The notes: generated by a model not told the origin, from the letters alone. A stretch of 64,000 nucleotides of DNA from an uncultured Gammaproteobacteria bacterium (GCA_963807625.1 CAWECN010000016.1:69824-133823); one strand, 5' to 3'. Counted from the first letter of the stretch, positions 21,380 to 33,856 are shown. Program-made: numbers and translations.

Positions 21380-22573
21380 ATGTCAGATAAAAGCAGTAAA
21401 ACAGATGTTGTTATCATCGGTGCCAGTGCATCCGGCTTGATGTGTGCGATAGAAGCCGGCAAACGAGGACGTAAGGTCATCGTTCTGGACCATGCAAACA
21501 AAGCAGGTAAAAAGATACTCATGTCGGGTGGCGGGCGATGTAATTTTACCAATATGCATGTCGATGCCGGTAATTTTATCTCGCACAACCAGCATTTTTG
21601 TAAATCTGCCCTCAGCCGATTCACACAGTGGGACTTCATCGCGATGGTGAACGCTCATAATATCCCCTACCATGAACGCGACCTCGGCAAGTTATTCTGT
21701 GATGATAGCGCTAAAGATATCCTGAACATGCTTCTTGCGGAATGTGAAAAGTCTAAAGCGAAAATACAGCTTAACTGCGAGATCAAAGATATCGAAAAAA
21801 AGGCTGATGGTCTGTATAACATTCATACTACGACAGGTAACTATCACTCGAAGTCACTGGTCATCGCCTGCGGTGGTCTGTCGATTCCAAAGATGTGTGC
21901 CAGCCCCCTCGGTTATAAAGTTGCTGAACAGTTCGCTCATAACATCTGGCCAACTTCACCCGGGCTGGTACCATTTACCCTGCAACCGCATGATAAGGAG
22001 CAGCTAGAGGCACTCTCTGGCGTATCAGTGGAATGCCTGGTCAGCAATGGACGCATCCAGTTTAAAGAGAATATCCTGTTCACTCACCGTGGTCTGAGTG
22101 GTCCGGCGATACTGCAGATATCTTCTTACTGGAAGCCGGGAGAAACGATTGAGATCAACCTGCTACCTGATATATCTGTCGTCGAGCAGTTGACCATTCG
22201 AAGACAGAAACAGCCACAGCTAAAATTAAAAACCGTCCTGGCCGAAGTGCTGCCAAAACGTCTGTTATCGGCTTTGTTAGGAACAGATATGATCGAACAA
22301 CCGCTACAAAATCTTTCTAAAGACAGGATTGATGCGATCGCCGTGAAATTACAGCAGTGGAAGATTAAACCGAACGCAACTGAAGGTTATCGAACCGCTG
22401 AAGTAACGTTGGGTGGCGTTGATTGCGATGAGCTGTCATCGAAGACCATGGAGTCAAAAAAATCACCAGGACTGTACTTTATCGGTGAAGTCGTCGATGT
22501 TACCGGCTGGCTGGGAGGCTACAACTTCCAGTGGGCCTGGTCGTCGGGCTGGTGTGCCGGACAGGTCGTTTAA
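21380..22573 (+). CDS. HI0933/YhiN (BaiN) family flavoprotein
   Basis: GKKILMSGGGRCNFTN, LFTHRGLSGP, VTLGGV, GGYNFQWAWSSG. Confidence 0.92.
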   Translation: MSDKSSKTDVVIIGASASGLMCAIEAGKRGRKVIVLDHANKAGKKILMSGGGRCNFTNMHVDAGNFISHNQHFCKSALSRFTQWDFIAMVNAHNIPYHERDLGKLFCDDSAKDILNMLLAECEKSKAKIQLNCEIKDIEKKADGLYNIHTTTGNYHSKSLVIACGGLSIPKMCASPLGYKVAEQFAHNIWPTSPGLVPFTLQPHDKEQLEALSGVSVECLVSNGRIQFKENILFTHRGLSGPAILQISSYWKPGETIEINLLPDISVVEQLTIRRQKQPQLKLKTVLAEVLPKRLLSALLGTDMIEQPLQNLSKDRIDAIAVKLQQWKIKPNATEGYRTAEVTLGGVDCDELSSKTMESKKSPGLYFIGEVVDVTGWLGGYNFQWAWSSGWCAGQVV

Positions 22574-22576
22574 TAG

Positions 22577-22777
22577 TCAGATCGTCTTGCTGCCAAACTC
22601 ATCCGCAAGTTGATCGACGATACCCCTGATAAAATCGATAAATTCATCAACACCGGCCTGATCCTTGTTGCGGCGACATTCGTTCATCGCTGAGATGGCA
22701 AGATTGATCGCGGCATGGTAATTGCCTTTCTCGAGGTGTGTATTGATACTATCTTTCTCGGATTGAATATCCATCAT
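22577..22777 (-). CDS. Small hypothetical protein
   Basis: 66-aa helical ORF after icd, with an RBS-like AAGGGG. Confidence 0.65.
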   Translation of the reverse strand: MMDIQSEKDSINTHLEKGNYHAAINLAISAMNECRRNKDQAGVDEFIDFIRGIVDQLADEFGSKTI

Positions 22778-22807
22778 TAATACCCCTTCTGGCAATAGCT
22801 CTATATG

Positions 22808-25051
<2,244 letters not shown>

Positions 25052-25178
25052 TCAAGATTGAAAATATGGCACGTTTCTATATAAGGTACGCATTATATTC
25101 TAGAATGCTGATGGAATCACGCCGGATTAGACCTAACCTGCTACGGACGCTCAGCGGGATAACTAATATCTAAAAGGA

Positions 25179-25706
25179 TTACTTTTTCAACGCCATGATT
25201 GATGCCAGGGTAGCACAGGAAGTGAGCAGTACGAGCAGGATCGAGAATACCATCAGCGCTTCGGCAATGGTTATTCCAAAGACGATCTCGGGAGTATAAC
25301 CACAGGTGGTTTCTACACGATACAACCACGGCAGCCAGACATCGACAGCCAGCCAGGATGGTAGTCCCAGGTCAAAACCACAGTCACTAAATACGAAACC
25401 TCGCTCTGTGCCCAGTAGCTGATATGCACGCTCGGTCAGGCTGAGTGCGACCAGTACAGTCGATACGTTTGCCAGTACATTCACGACCGGATGATTTCTA
25501 GTTAACAGTCCGGTAACAGCGATAATTATCAGCAATGTAAATAACAGTCGCGCCTGTATGCACATCAAACAAGGTGGTTCTTCGCGGATATACTGGAAAT
25601 ACAAGGCTGTGGCTAATAGACACAGGCTTGCAATGATATACAGCAACCAGTACCAGCGGGCATGGTGTAAATCTTCGAGTCTTTTCAGGATAGTCAACGC
25701 TTTCAT
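25179..25706 (-). CDS. dsbB: Disulfide bond formation protein DsbB family
   Basis: 4 TM; PCLMCIQAR CxxC; second periplasmic Cys pair. Confidence 0.82.
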   Translation of the reverse strand: MKALTILKRLEDLHHARWYWLLYIIASLCLLATALYFQYIREEPPCLMCIQARLLFTLLIIIAVTGLLTRNHPVVNVLANVSTVLVALSLTERAYQLLGTERGFVFSDCGFDLGLPSWLAVDVWLPWLYRVETTCGYTPEIVFGITIAEALMVFSILLVLLTSCATLASIMALKK

Positions 25707-25845
25707 TACCTGTTCAGTGGGTCATTAGCATAGCGCTCTTTCGGTATTTACAAATATAGCCTAGATTGGCCATAACATCATTATTAAATATCATGTATTA
25801 TTTAGGATTGTATGAAAAGATTAAATGATGCATATAGGTGAAATC

Positions 25846-26100
25846 ATGCGCTATACAGAAGAACAATTGGCTGAGATGGATATTCTGATTCGCTACAACC
25901 TGCAGAGTACACAACAAGGTATCAAAGTGCATTCACGTGCAAATAAGGAACAGATCGCAGCTGTGCAGCGTTTATTTGACAAAGGGCTGGTCACGGCCGT
26001 CGATGGTGGTTATCTAACTGATCTCGGTAGAAAAGCGGCTGAACATGCACAGGCGCTGTTATTGATGCTGGCGCCACATCAGCAGAGCATGGCGAGTTAA
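25846..26100 (+). CDS. TIGR02647-like small winged-helix protein
   Basis: QGIKVH..RLFDKGL...DGGYLTDLG. Confidence 0.78.
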   Translation: MRYTEEQLAEMDILIRYNLQSTQQGIKVHSRANKEQIAAVQRLFDKGLVTAVDGGYLTDLGRKAAEHAQALLLMLAPHQQSMAS

Positions 26101-26195
26101 CAAGCTATAAGATTAGTCGTTATCCTGAGCAAGGCGAACAGTGACAAAACTATTTGCCTGACCTATGCGAATTTCTAAACTAGTAGTAAAAACTT

Positions 26196-26825
26196 TTACT
26201 CCTTGCTGGCATAGATGACATGCTCTCCCCAGTTCCAGGTCCGCTGAATCTTTTTACCGGTTAACGGAAATAATTCTACCGTCATTTCCGGTAATCGCAG
26301 TATCGCGCAACAGTTGTTAAATACCGTACTGCCAGGGTTTATCACGAGCATACCGGCTATTTTTTCGACAAACACCTGATGTGTGTGCCCGACTATGAGG
26401 ACGTCGTAATCGAAGGATGATAAGGTCTCAGCCCATTGTTTCAGTTTATCTGCTATCAGCTCACCGTTCTTATCCAATAATTTAATGCCGCCATGACAGC
26501 CATCGGGTGGTTGGGCATGAACCATATATACTTTCTTGCCTTCGATGACTGCTTCATATGAAACCGGTAACTCTCTGAGAAAAGTGATGGAATCGTTCGA
26601 TTCTCCCTGGTTATGGTCGAGATACAAAAGATCGTGATTACCAACGACAGTCTTGCAGCCACGTGCGCTTAGCAGTTTTATTGTCGGCTCGAGTTCATCC
26701 ATATACCCCGCGATGTCGCCGGCACAGAGAACCTCATCGACCCCTGCCTGTTCGAAAATGGCGAATGCCTGGATGACGGCTTCTGGCGCTGCGTGTACAT
26801 CGCTTATTAAACCGATCTTTGTCAT
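26196..26825 (-). CDS. YfcE/MJ0936-type metallophosphoesterase
   Basis: SDVH, AGD, GNHD, GHTH, INPGS. Confidence 0.9.
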   Translation of the reverse strand: MTKIGLISDVHAAPEAVIQAFAIFEQAGVDEVLCAGDIAGYMDELEPTIKLLSARGCKTVVGNHDLLYLDHNQGESNDSITFLRELPVSYEAVIEGKKVYMVHAQPPDGCHGGIKLLDKNGELIADKLKQWAETLSSFDYDVLIVGHTHQVFVEKIAGMLVINPGSTVFNNCCAILRLPEMTVELFPLTGKKIQRTWNWGEHVIYASKE

Positions 26826-26988
26826 AGTAGCGTTTCATCAGGATTCATAATTTACGATTCTGCGACATTGCACGTGATGAAGCAATGTCGTCTCAAGGTA
26901 TTGCTTGACATAATCAGACAATTGCATTACTTTATTGCTTCACTATCAGACATTCGTCCAACTTGTACTAACATTATAGGATCATAGC

Positions 26989-28083
26989 ATGAGCGAAAAA
27001 GACCTGTTCAATGAAGTAACTATCGGTAATCTTAGCCTGAGCAACCGGATTGTAATGGCTCCGATGACTCGAAACCGGGCAGCTGAAGGAAATATACCCC
27101 AGGCTATGAATGTCGATTATTATCGCCAGCGTGCCAGTGCCGGCCTGATCATCACTGAAGCGTCACAGGTCTCACCCGAAGGCGTAGGTTATCCAGCAAC
27201 ACCCGGTATATATAATCAGCAGCAGGTCGACGGATGGAAGATGGTCACTGATGCTGTACATGACGAAGGTGGTCACATCTATCTCCAGCTATGGTATTGC
27301 GGGCGGATATCTCATCCAGACCTGCTACCGGATAACCAGATACCTGTTGCCCCTTCAGCGATAAGACCGGAAGGAGAAGCGGTGACATTTGAAGGTATGA
27401 AAGCCTTTGTCGAGCCACGAGCATTAACTACTGAAGAAATTCAGGTCATCGTGTCTCAGTATAAAAACGCAGCGCAGAAAGCAAAACAGGCCGGTTTTGA
27501 TGGTGTAGAAGTACATGCGGCTAATGGTTACCTGATCGATCAGTTCCTGCGCGATGGTAGTAATCAGCGGACCGATGAATACGGTGGCACCGTCGAATAT
27601 CGTATGCGACTGTTGAACGAGGTAATCGATGCCGTCTCAGAGGTCTGGAATAGCAAGTGCATCGGTGTCCGCCTGACACCAGAGAACAGTTTTAACTCGA
27701 TGTCAGATTCTGATCCCCAGTCGCACTTTAACTATTTTATCACGCAGCTGAATAAACGTGACCTGGCTTATATACACCTGCTCGAAGGCGACATGATGGG
27801 TGCAACAAGAAACGTTGATTACCGTACCCTGCGTGACGCATATGATGGTATCTATATGGCAAACAATGGTTACGATAAGAAGCGCGCACTGGCAGCGTTA
27901 GATAAAGGTGACTGCGACCTGGTCGCAATCGGTGTACCTTTCCTGGCAAACCCCGACCTGGTATATCGTTACCAGCATGATCTGCCACTCAACGAAGCAG
28001 ACCAGTCGACTTTTTATGGCGGTGACGAGACCGGTTATACCGATTATCCAACTGCCCAGCTGGGTGTTACTGAAACAGCCTGA
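26989..28083 (+). CDS. nemA: Old-yellow-enzyme alkene reductase (NemA-like)
   Basis: NRIVMAPMTR, GFDGVEVHAANGYLIDQF, ANPDLV, GYTDYP. Confidence 0.9.
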   Translation: MSEKDLFNEVTIGNLSLSNRIVMAPMTRNRAAEGNIPQAMNVDYYRQRASAGLIITEASQVSPEGVGYPATPGIYNQQQVDGWKMVTDAVHDEGGHIYLQLWYCGRISHPDLLPDNQIPVAPSAIRPEGEAVTFEGMKAFVEPRALTTEEIQVIVSQYKNAAQKAKQAGFDGVEVHAANGYLIDQFLRDGSNQRTDEYGGTVEYRMRLLNEVIDAVSEVWNSKCIGVRLTPENSFNSMSDSDPQSHFNYFITQLNKRDLAYIHLLEGDMMGATRNVDYRTLRDAYDGIYMANNGYDKKRALAALDKGDCDLVAIGVPFLANPDLVYRYQHDLPLNEADQSTFYGGDETGYTDYPTAQLGVTETA

Positions 28084-28265
28084 TGTTTGATATCGTCGTG
28101 TCATCCTGATAGTCAGTGCAGGCGTTTTAGAACTGACTGTTAAGGTCAGCTTCACTGGTGTTCAGAATGGCATTGGCGAAAGCTATGTGTTGATTCAATC
28201 TACAGATAAGCAATCTCGATAATTCAGCTATTGAATTAATGTGCGGAAGACGGCATGCTAATGGT

Positions 28266-28994
28266 ATGCCTGTAAAAAAAATAGTCGTCTCTTTATTTGT
28301 TCAGTTGATTCTCGTAGCCAATGCTATAGCAGATGATTTCACACTGCTGCGTCTGCAGATGGTGGCCGAGATCGAAGCTGATGTAGAGATAACGGCAAAA
28401 TATATCAATAAAAAGTCATTAGATCCGGCCGTTATCACCGCCATGAAGACCGTTCCACGGCATGAGTTCGTACCGCCCGACATGCGCATAAATGCCTACG
28501 AAAACCGGCCACTGCCTATCGGGCATGGCCAGACGATCTCACAGCCATATATCGTCGCCCTGATGACTGATCTTTTACAGCCTCGGGAGGACCATCGTGT
28601 ACTGGAAATCGGCACCGGGTCTGGTTACCAGGCGGCAGTTCTGTCACAGCTGGTCGACGAGGTATACAGTATCGAGATCATCGAAGCACTGGGTACATCT
28701 ACATCTCGGCTATTAGAGCGACAGGGTTATCACAACATTACGACAAGTATTGCAGATGGTTACAACGGCTGGCCAGAGCATGCACCTTTCGACAGTATCA
28801 TGGTAACAGCAGCCATCAGTCATATCCCGCCGCCACTGGTTCAGCAGCTCAAGAATGGCGGGCGTATGGTGATCCCAGTAGGGACTCGGTTCCAGACGCA
28901 GCAGCTGACACTGGTCGAAAAAGATATGCAGGGTAAGGTCACTACACGGCAGCTGCTACCGGTCTATTTCGTACCTTTTACCGGCGGCCACTAG
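28266..28994 (+). CDS. pcm: Protein-L-isoaspartate O-methyltransferase with putative signal peptide
   Basis: VPRHEFVP, GQTISQPYIVA, VLEIGTGSGYQAA, APFD, FVP; start 28239 or 28266. Confidence 0.9.
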   Translation: MPVKKIVVSLFVQLILVANAIADDFTLLRLQMVAEIEADVEITAKYINKKSLDPAVITAMKTVPRHEFVPPDMRINAYENRPLPIGHGQTISQPYIVALMTDLLQPREDHRVLEIGTGSGYQAAVLSQLVDEVYSIEIIEALGTSTSRLLERQGYHNITTSIADGYNGWPEHAPFDSIMVTAAISHIPPPLVQQLKNGGRMVIPVGTRFQTQQLTLVEKDMQGKVTTRQLLPVYFVPFTGGH

Positions 28995-29008
28995 ACAATA
29001 CTTACAAG

Positions 29009-31477
29009 ATGCAAACCTTGGCAGATAAACAGGTACCAGCACCACCGTTAGTATCTATCTTAATCCTGTCCGCTGCTGCCCTGTGTTACGAAGTCCTGCT
29101 GATAAGGCTGTTTTCCATCATTCACTGGCATCATTTCGCATTCATGGTGATCAGTATCGCACTACTCGGTTACGGAGCCAGCGGCAGTTTCATCACCATA
29201 TTTCGCTGTCGGTTGCTAGATAACTATGACCGGGTATTTATCGCCAATACCCTGCTATTCGGACTTTCATCAATCATCTGTTTTATCATCGTCCAGCAAC
29301 TGCCGTTTAATACCCTGGAAATAATTTGGGACAGCTCACAGTGGCAACGGCTGTTATCGAGTTATCTGCTACTCACGCTGCCCTTTTTCTTTGTCGCCAA
29401 TGTAATAGCGCTTACTATCATGCGTTTTCATCAACAGATCCCGCAGGTCTATGGTATTGACCTCATCGGTGCCGGTATCGGTGCCTTGCTGGTAATGTTA
29501 TTGCTGCAGCTGTTTACGCCAGATGACATACTGCGTGTATTGTCGGCCAGCGCCATGGTCGCCGGCTTTTTTGCACTGCGAAATCTGGATAAAACACAGA
29601 AGCAATTAACGGTATCGATACTTATATTAGGTATACTCGCAGTCTTTATGGTGCCGCAGAAATGGCTGGATCTGCGCATGTCAGAATACAAAGGTCTGGC
29701 ACAGACACTGCAGGTGAAAGATACCGAACTACTCTTATCTCATAGCTCCCCCCTCTCCCAGACGGATGTCATCGATAGCCCATTTATTCCATTTAGAAAT
29801 GCGCCAGGTTTGAGCCTGCAGAGCCCGGCTTCACCGCCCGAACAACTGGCAGTATTCAGAGATGGTGACGAAATGACTACCATCGATCATGTGACAGATA
29901 AGAGTTCACTGGAATATCATGACTATATGAGCTCTGCACTGCCATACCACACGCACCGATCACCAAAAAATATCCTGATCCTCGACTCAGCTACCGGCGC
30001 TCAGATACTGCAGGCACAGTATTACGATATACCGCAGATAGATGCCGTCGAACCGGACAGGAAACTCAGTCAGTTGCTCACTGAACAGTATGCCGATTAC
30101 TTCGGCTGGTTAAATCTGAAAGACAAAGTAAAAATTCACACCATATCAGCTCGTGGATTTAGCGCATCACCCAATAGCTATGATCTCGTCATCAAGGGAC
30201 CTTCCGGCGGTTCTACTGGCGGTTCGGCAGGCGTGTATGCACTCTCTGCCTCATATGACCTTACTGTCGAGGCGCTGCAGTCCTACCTGTCTCTGCTCGC
30301 CCCTGACGGTCTGTTAAGTATCACCCTGTGGACAAATACCCCTGCTCATGGAAATTTGAAGTTATTTGTGACCGCAGTGACAGCAATGAAGAACGCAGGC
30401 ATCAGTGACCCTGAAAAGAACATCGCATGGATCCGCAGCTGGAATACCGCAACACTGATATTAAAAAGAACCGTTTTAACCGACGACGAGATAAGCCGGG
30501 TACGAGAATTCAGTATGTCTCGCAGCTTTGACCTGGCATGGTTGCCGGGGATCAAGCAGGAAGAAGTCAACAGGTACCAGCTGTTGCAGGAGCCTGTTTT
30601 TTATCTTGCAGCCCGTTCACTAATGAATATGCCCGGTGCGGATATGACGGAAAACACTTTTGTCCAAAAATATAAATACGATATACAGGCGAGTACCGAT
30701 AACCGGCCATATTTCAATAATTTTTTCAGCTGGTCGAGCCTGGAAGAATTCCTGTCCATGCCCGGGCAAACTGGTATATCCATGATCGGTGTCGGTTACC
30801 CGACCTTGCTCGTCACCCTGTTACAGGCGATTGCGGCTGCATTCTTTCTTATATTGTTACCATTGTTTTTTGTACGAACCGATAAAAACAGGTCGGACAG
30901 GATAGATGCCAGAGACAGTCGCAAGAATATTATCATCTACTTCATGGCGATTGGCCTGGCTTTTCTCTTCATCGAGATCGCCATTATCGAGAAGTTTACC
31001 CTTATTCTTAGCCAGCCACTGTATGCCGTCGCCGTCACATTATGTGGCTTCCTGATTTTTTCGGGGCTTGGCAGTCTGTATGTCCAGCACTGCATGAAGA
31101 CTGCGACACCTGCTTTCATGCCAATCATGTTGCGCCGAGCTGTACTTCTGATCTCTTTGATTGTTATCGCTTATATCGCTGTTTTACCATTTATCAGCAG
31201 TGTGGTGATGGCTTTACCCGAAACGGCACGGATAATTTCAGCATTTGCGCTGGCAGCACCACTGGCATTCGTTATGGGTATGCCCTTTCCGCTGGGTATG
31301 GCCAGGGTACAGCAGAGCAACCCTCAGCTGATACCCTGGGCCTGGGGTATCAACGGCTGTGCCTCCGTGCTGAGTGCAATAGTAGCAGTTTTGCTGGCGA
31401 TCGAAATCGGTTTTAATGGCGTCATGTTAAGCGCCGTCGTGCTTTACATGGTAGCGTGGTTTAGTCATAAAATGTAG
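29009..31477 (+). CDS. Multi-TM membrane protein with central spermidine-synthase-like SAM-fold domain
   Basis: FAFMVISIALLGYGASG, YGIDLIGAG, VEPD, STDNRPYF, MGMPFPLG, WAWGING. Confidence 0.8.
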   Translation: MQTLADKQVPAPPLVSILILSAAALCYEVLLIRLFSIIHWHHFAFMVISIALLGYGASGSFITIFRCRLLDNYDRVFIANTLLFGLSSIICFIIVQQLPFNTLEIIWDSSQWQRLLSSYLLLTLPFFFVANVIALTIMRFHQQIPQVYGIDLIGAGIGALLVMLLLQLFTPDDILRVLSASAMVAGFFALRNLDKTQKQLTVSILILGILAVFMVPQKWLDLRMSEYKGLAQTLQVKDTELLLSHSSPLSQTDVIDSPFIPFRNAPGLSLQSPASPPEQLAVFRDGDEMTTIDHVTDKSSLEYHDYMSSALPYHTHRSPKNILILDSATGAQILQAQYYDIPQIDAVEPDRKLSQLLTEQYADYFGWLNLKDKVKIHTISARGFSASPNSYDLVIKGPSGGSTGGSAGVYALSASYDLTVEALQSYLSLLAPDGLLSITLWTNTPAHGNLKLFVTAVTAMKNAGISDPEKNIAWIRSWNTATLILKRTVLTDDEISRVREFSMSRSFDLAWLPGIKQEEVNRYQLLQEPVFYLAARSLMNMPGADMTENTFVQKYKYDIQASTDNRPYFNNFFSWSSLEEFLSMPGQTGISMIGVGYPTLLVTLLQAIAAAFFLILLPLFFVRTDKNRSDRIDARDSRKNIIIYFMAIGLAFLFIEIAIIEKFTLILSQPLYAVAVTLCGFLIFSGLGSLYVQHCMKTATPAFMPIMLRRAVLLISLIVIAYIAVLPFISSVVMALPETARIISAFALAAPLAFVMGMPFPLGMARVQQSNPQLIPWAWGINGCASVLSAIVAVLLAIEIGFNGVMLSAVVLYMVAWFSHKM

Positions 31478-31480
31478 CTG

Positions 31481-31834
31481 CTATTCATCAGGCAGTGCAT
31501 ATTCTGTCTGCGTGCCCACATTCGACTGATCATCGAACACCCGGTATTCATAGCTGCAGATCTTGATAGCATCGCCATGTTTTATCTCTTTTTCTCTCAC
31601 AGAGATATTATTCACATAGGTACCATTGGTACTATTCAGGTCGTAAATGGTTAAATCGAGCTGCTCTGGCAGGTAGTTATTGGGGACCAGTTTTATCAGG
31701 GCATGCTCGCCGCTGACCTCACCATCATCCAGCTGTAAGCTGTTACCGTGGTTACGTCCGATGGTGAATTCGCCTGCAGATAAATCGATCTCTGAAACGA
31801 CAGCACCGTTAATAATATGTTTAAGTTTTATCAA
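31481..31834 (-). CDS. Stand-alone FHA domain protein
   Basis: TIGR, VSGEHA, DLNSTNGTYVN. Confidence 0.88.
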   Translation of the reverse strand: MIKLKHIINGAVVSEIDLSAGEFTIGRNHGNSLQLDDGEVSGEHALIKLVPNNYLPEQLDLTIYDLNSTNGTYVNNISVREKEIKHGDAIKICSYEYRVFDDQSNVGTQTEYALPDE

Positions 31835-32045
31835 GATAAGCTCCTAACACGTGTACAAAAAATACTGTAATTTAACCATAGACTAATTAAAAAGAATTGG
31901 GCAACAAAACCATGCATAACGAATTAGATAGTTTCTAATATGAAGATATTTTGACAAATATCACATTTCTTAATAAATCTCGGCGATAAAATTATAGTTG
32001 TTAGCAGAAGGCTAACGATAAATGAGACTAAAAAAGGAGGATTGT

Positions 32046-32153
32046 ATGGAAGAAAAGAAGCAACTAGAAGATGAAACGAGGAAGCTAACATTTGTAGTGA
32101 TTTTAATGTCGTTATTCGTGGCAGTGTTGTTCGGTCTTGGGCCGCTAATATAA
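32046..32153 (+). CDS. 35-aa single-TM micropeptide (paralog 1): MEEKKQLEDETRKLTFVVILMSLFVAVLFGLGPLI
   Basis: Translated by hand; AAGGAGG RBS 5 nt upstream; clear paralog at 33225. Confidence 0.8.
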   Translation: MEEKKQLEDETRKLTFVVILMSLFVAVLFGLGPLI

Positions 32154-32201
32154 GTGTTAGCAATATGTAACGATGGTGCTCACCATCATTTAAACAGGTA
32201 T

Positions 32202-32234
32202 TACGGCGACTTTCATAGTCGCCGTATTTATTTT
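32202..32234 (+). terminator. Intrinsic terminator of micropeptide 1
   Basis: tacggcgac-tttcata-gtcgccgta followed by a T-rich tract. Confidence 0.75.
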
Positions 32235-32256
32235 ATAAATCCGTTATCATTACTAC

Positions 32257-33018
32257 ATGTCAGAACCGATCAGCATCCGTTTTCATGATCAACTCGATTA
32301 TTTTTTGCCGGCGGAACAATGTGGGGAAGCATTTGATGTCGAGTTCAAAAAAGCTCGCTCCGTTAAAGACCTTATCGAGTCTATTGGTATTCCACATACA
32401 GAGGTCGATCTGATCATAAGCAATGGCATATCGGTTGATTTTGCTTACCAGGTGCAGCCAGGTGACAATATAGAGGTCTACCCTGTCTTTGGATCGTTGG
32501 ATTTTTTGCAATTCGAGCAAGCGATAATACATTGTCAGCCAGAACCATTACCTGAGGCTCGCTTCGTACTGGATGTACACCTGGGCAAACTTGCTGCTTA
32601 CCTGCGCATGCTTGGTTTCGATACCCTGTATCGTAATGACTACGATGACCCTGCTCTGGCATTTATATCTGCTGAAGAACACCGGATATTACTCACCTGT
32701 GACAGGATGTTACTCATGCGCAAACAGGTCAGTTATGGCTATCTTATCCGCAACAGGAAACCTCAGCAGCAGCTACTGGAAATACTGTCAGGTTACGACC
32801 TTTACGATGAGATCAAACCGTTCAGTCGATGTATGCATTGTAATGGTAATACACGAGCAGTGAGCAAACAGGATATAGCAACACAGTTATTACCAAAAAC
32901 AAAAAAATATTACGATGAATTTTATCAGTGTGATTCATGCAACAAGATCTACTGGCAAGGAAGCCATTACCTTCGCATGCAGGACATGATCAACAAGGTA
33001 AGAGATGACGCTCATTAA
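32257..33018 (+). CDS. Mut7-C RNase with N-terminal ubiquitin-like domain
   Basis: SVKDLIESIGIPHTEVDLI (Ub-like); FVLDVHLGKLAAYLRMLGFD, LLTCDR; Zn ribbon CMHCNG..CDSCNKIYWQGSH. Confidence 0.9.
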   Translation: MSEPISIRFHDQLDYFLPAEQCGEAFDVEFKKARSVKDLIESIGIPHTEVDLIISNGISVDFAYQVQPGDNIEVYPVFGSLDFLQFEQAIIHCQPEPLPEARFVLDVHLGKLAAYLRMLGFDTLYRNDYDDPALAFISAEEHRILLTCDRMLLMRKQVSYGYLIRNRKPQQQLLEILSGYDLYDEIKPFSRCMHCNGNTRAVSKQDIATQLLPKTKKYYDEFYQCDSCNKIYWQGSHYLRMQDMINKVRDDAH

Positions 33019-33224
33019 TCGTTACTCGACAATGATTAAACCTGGAAGCAACATACCCTCTTTATAAATTTATAATTATATAAGCGATAACTGATTACGT
33101 ATCATGTTTATACCGTTTGTCTTATTATCCATATAAGGCCTTGTTTTTATGTAAACATCGGGAGTATACTTACTGTCCGCTTTGCGAATAGCTGGCGATA
33201 AATGTGCAAAAAAAGGAGGGTTAT

Positions 33225-33341
33225 ATGGATAAGAAACCACTAGAGGATGAGCGAGAGGACGAGACGAAGAAACTGACCTTCGTTGTGATATACATGTCGA
33301 TGTTCGTACTCGTATTATTTGGCCTTGGCCCAATGATATGA
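33225..33341 (+). CDS. 38-aa single-TM micropeptide (paralog 2): MDKKPLEDEREDETKKLTFVVIYMSMFVLVLFGLGPMI
   Basis: Translated by hand; AAGGAGG RBS; paralog of 32046..32153 with many synonymous differences. Confidence 0.8.
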   Translation: MDKKPLEDEREDETKKLTFVVIYMSMFVLVLFGLGPMI

Positions 33342-33385
33342 AAGATGACAATCAAAAGTAATTGTCATTACTAGATAAAATATTT

Positions 33386-33413
33386 CAGCGGCTTAAATGG
33401 CCGCTGTTTTTTT
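33386..33413 (+). terminator. Intrinsic terminator of micropeptide 2
   Basis: cagcggc-ttaaatg-gccgctg-ttttttt. Confidence 0.8.
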
Positions 33414-33450
33414 GTCTACTACAATATTCTAACCTACATTTCGTGTAACC

Positions 33451-33482
33451 AATAGCGGCAACCATCATAGTTGCCGCTATTG
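33451..33482 (-). terminator. Terminator of Gly/Gln-rich paralog B
   Basis: aatagcggcaac-catcata-gttgccgctatt; core nearly identical to 13810-13830. Confidence 0.7.
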
Positions 33483-33517
33483 TTATAGTCTAATAATGAT
33501 AAGTACTTTTCTAGTTT

Positions 33518-33856
33518 TTACTCAGCCAGGGTGGGTGCTGTGGGTACTGCTTCCTGCTGACCAGCCTGGCTGCCCTGCCCACCGCCACCTTTCTGATTCC
33601 TATTCTGGTTCTGGTTCTGATTTTGATGCTGGTACTGTTTGGACTCACCCTCTCCTTTACCACTTTGCTCGGAACTGCTCTGGCTACGGCTATAACTTTG
33701 GCTGCTTTGATCACCCTTGGTAGCTTGACCGCCGCCCTGACCGCCTCCCTGGCCACCACCTCCGCCACCGCCACCTTTGGCGAATGCACTGGAAGAAACT
33801 GCTACTGCGAGTGCTACGATTAAACTGCCCATGACTTTTTTCGTTCTTGTGTTCAT
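33518..33856 (-). CDS. Secreted Gly/Gln-rich protein (paralog B)
   Basis: AGGAG RBS before MNTRTKK; signal peptide ending AFA-K; GGGQ repeats; QYQHQNQNQ. Confidence 0.8.
   Translation of the reverse strand: MNTRTKKVMGSLIVALAVAVSSSAFAKGGGGGGGGQGGGQGGGQATKGDQSSQSYSRSQSSSEQSGKGEGESKQYQHQNQNQNQNRNQKGGGGQGSQAGQQEAVPTAPTLAE

Noticed and set aside
31924-32163. Minus-strand ORF, with a similar one at 33076..33351
   Set aside because: Antisense shadows of the micropeptide genes; no RBS; their shared YNPPF is just the reverse complement of the RBS region
33496-33823. Overlapping ORFs across Gly/Gln paralog B
   Set aside because: Low-complexity shadow frames; only 33518..33856 has an RBS and signal peptide
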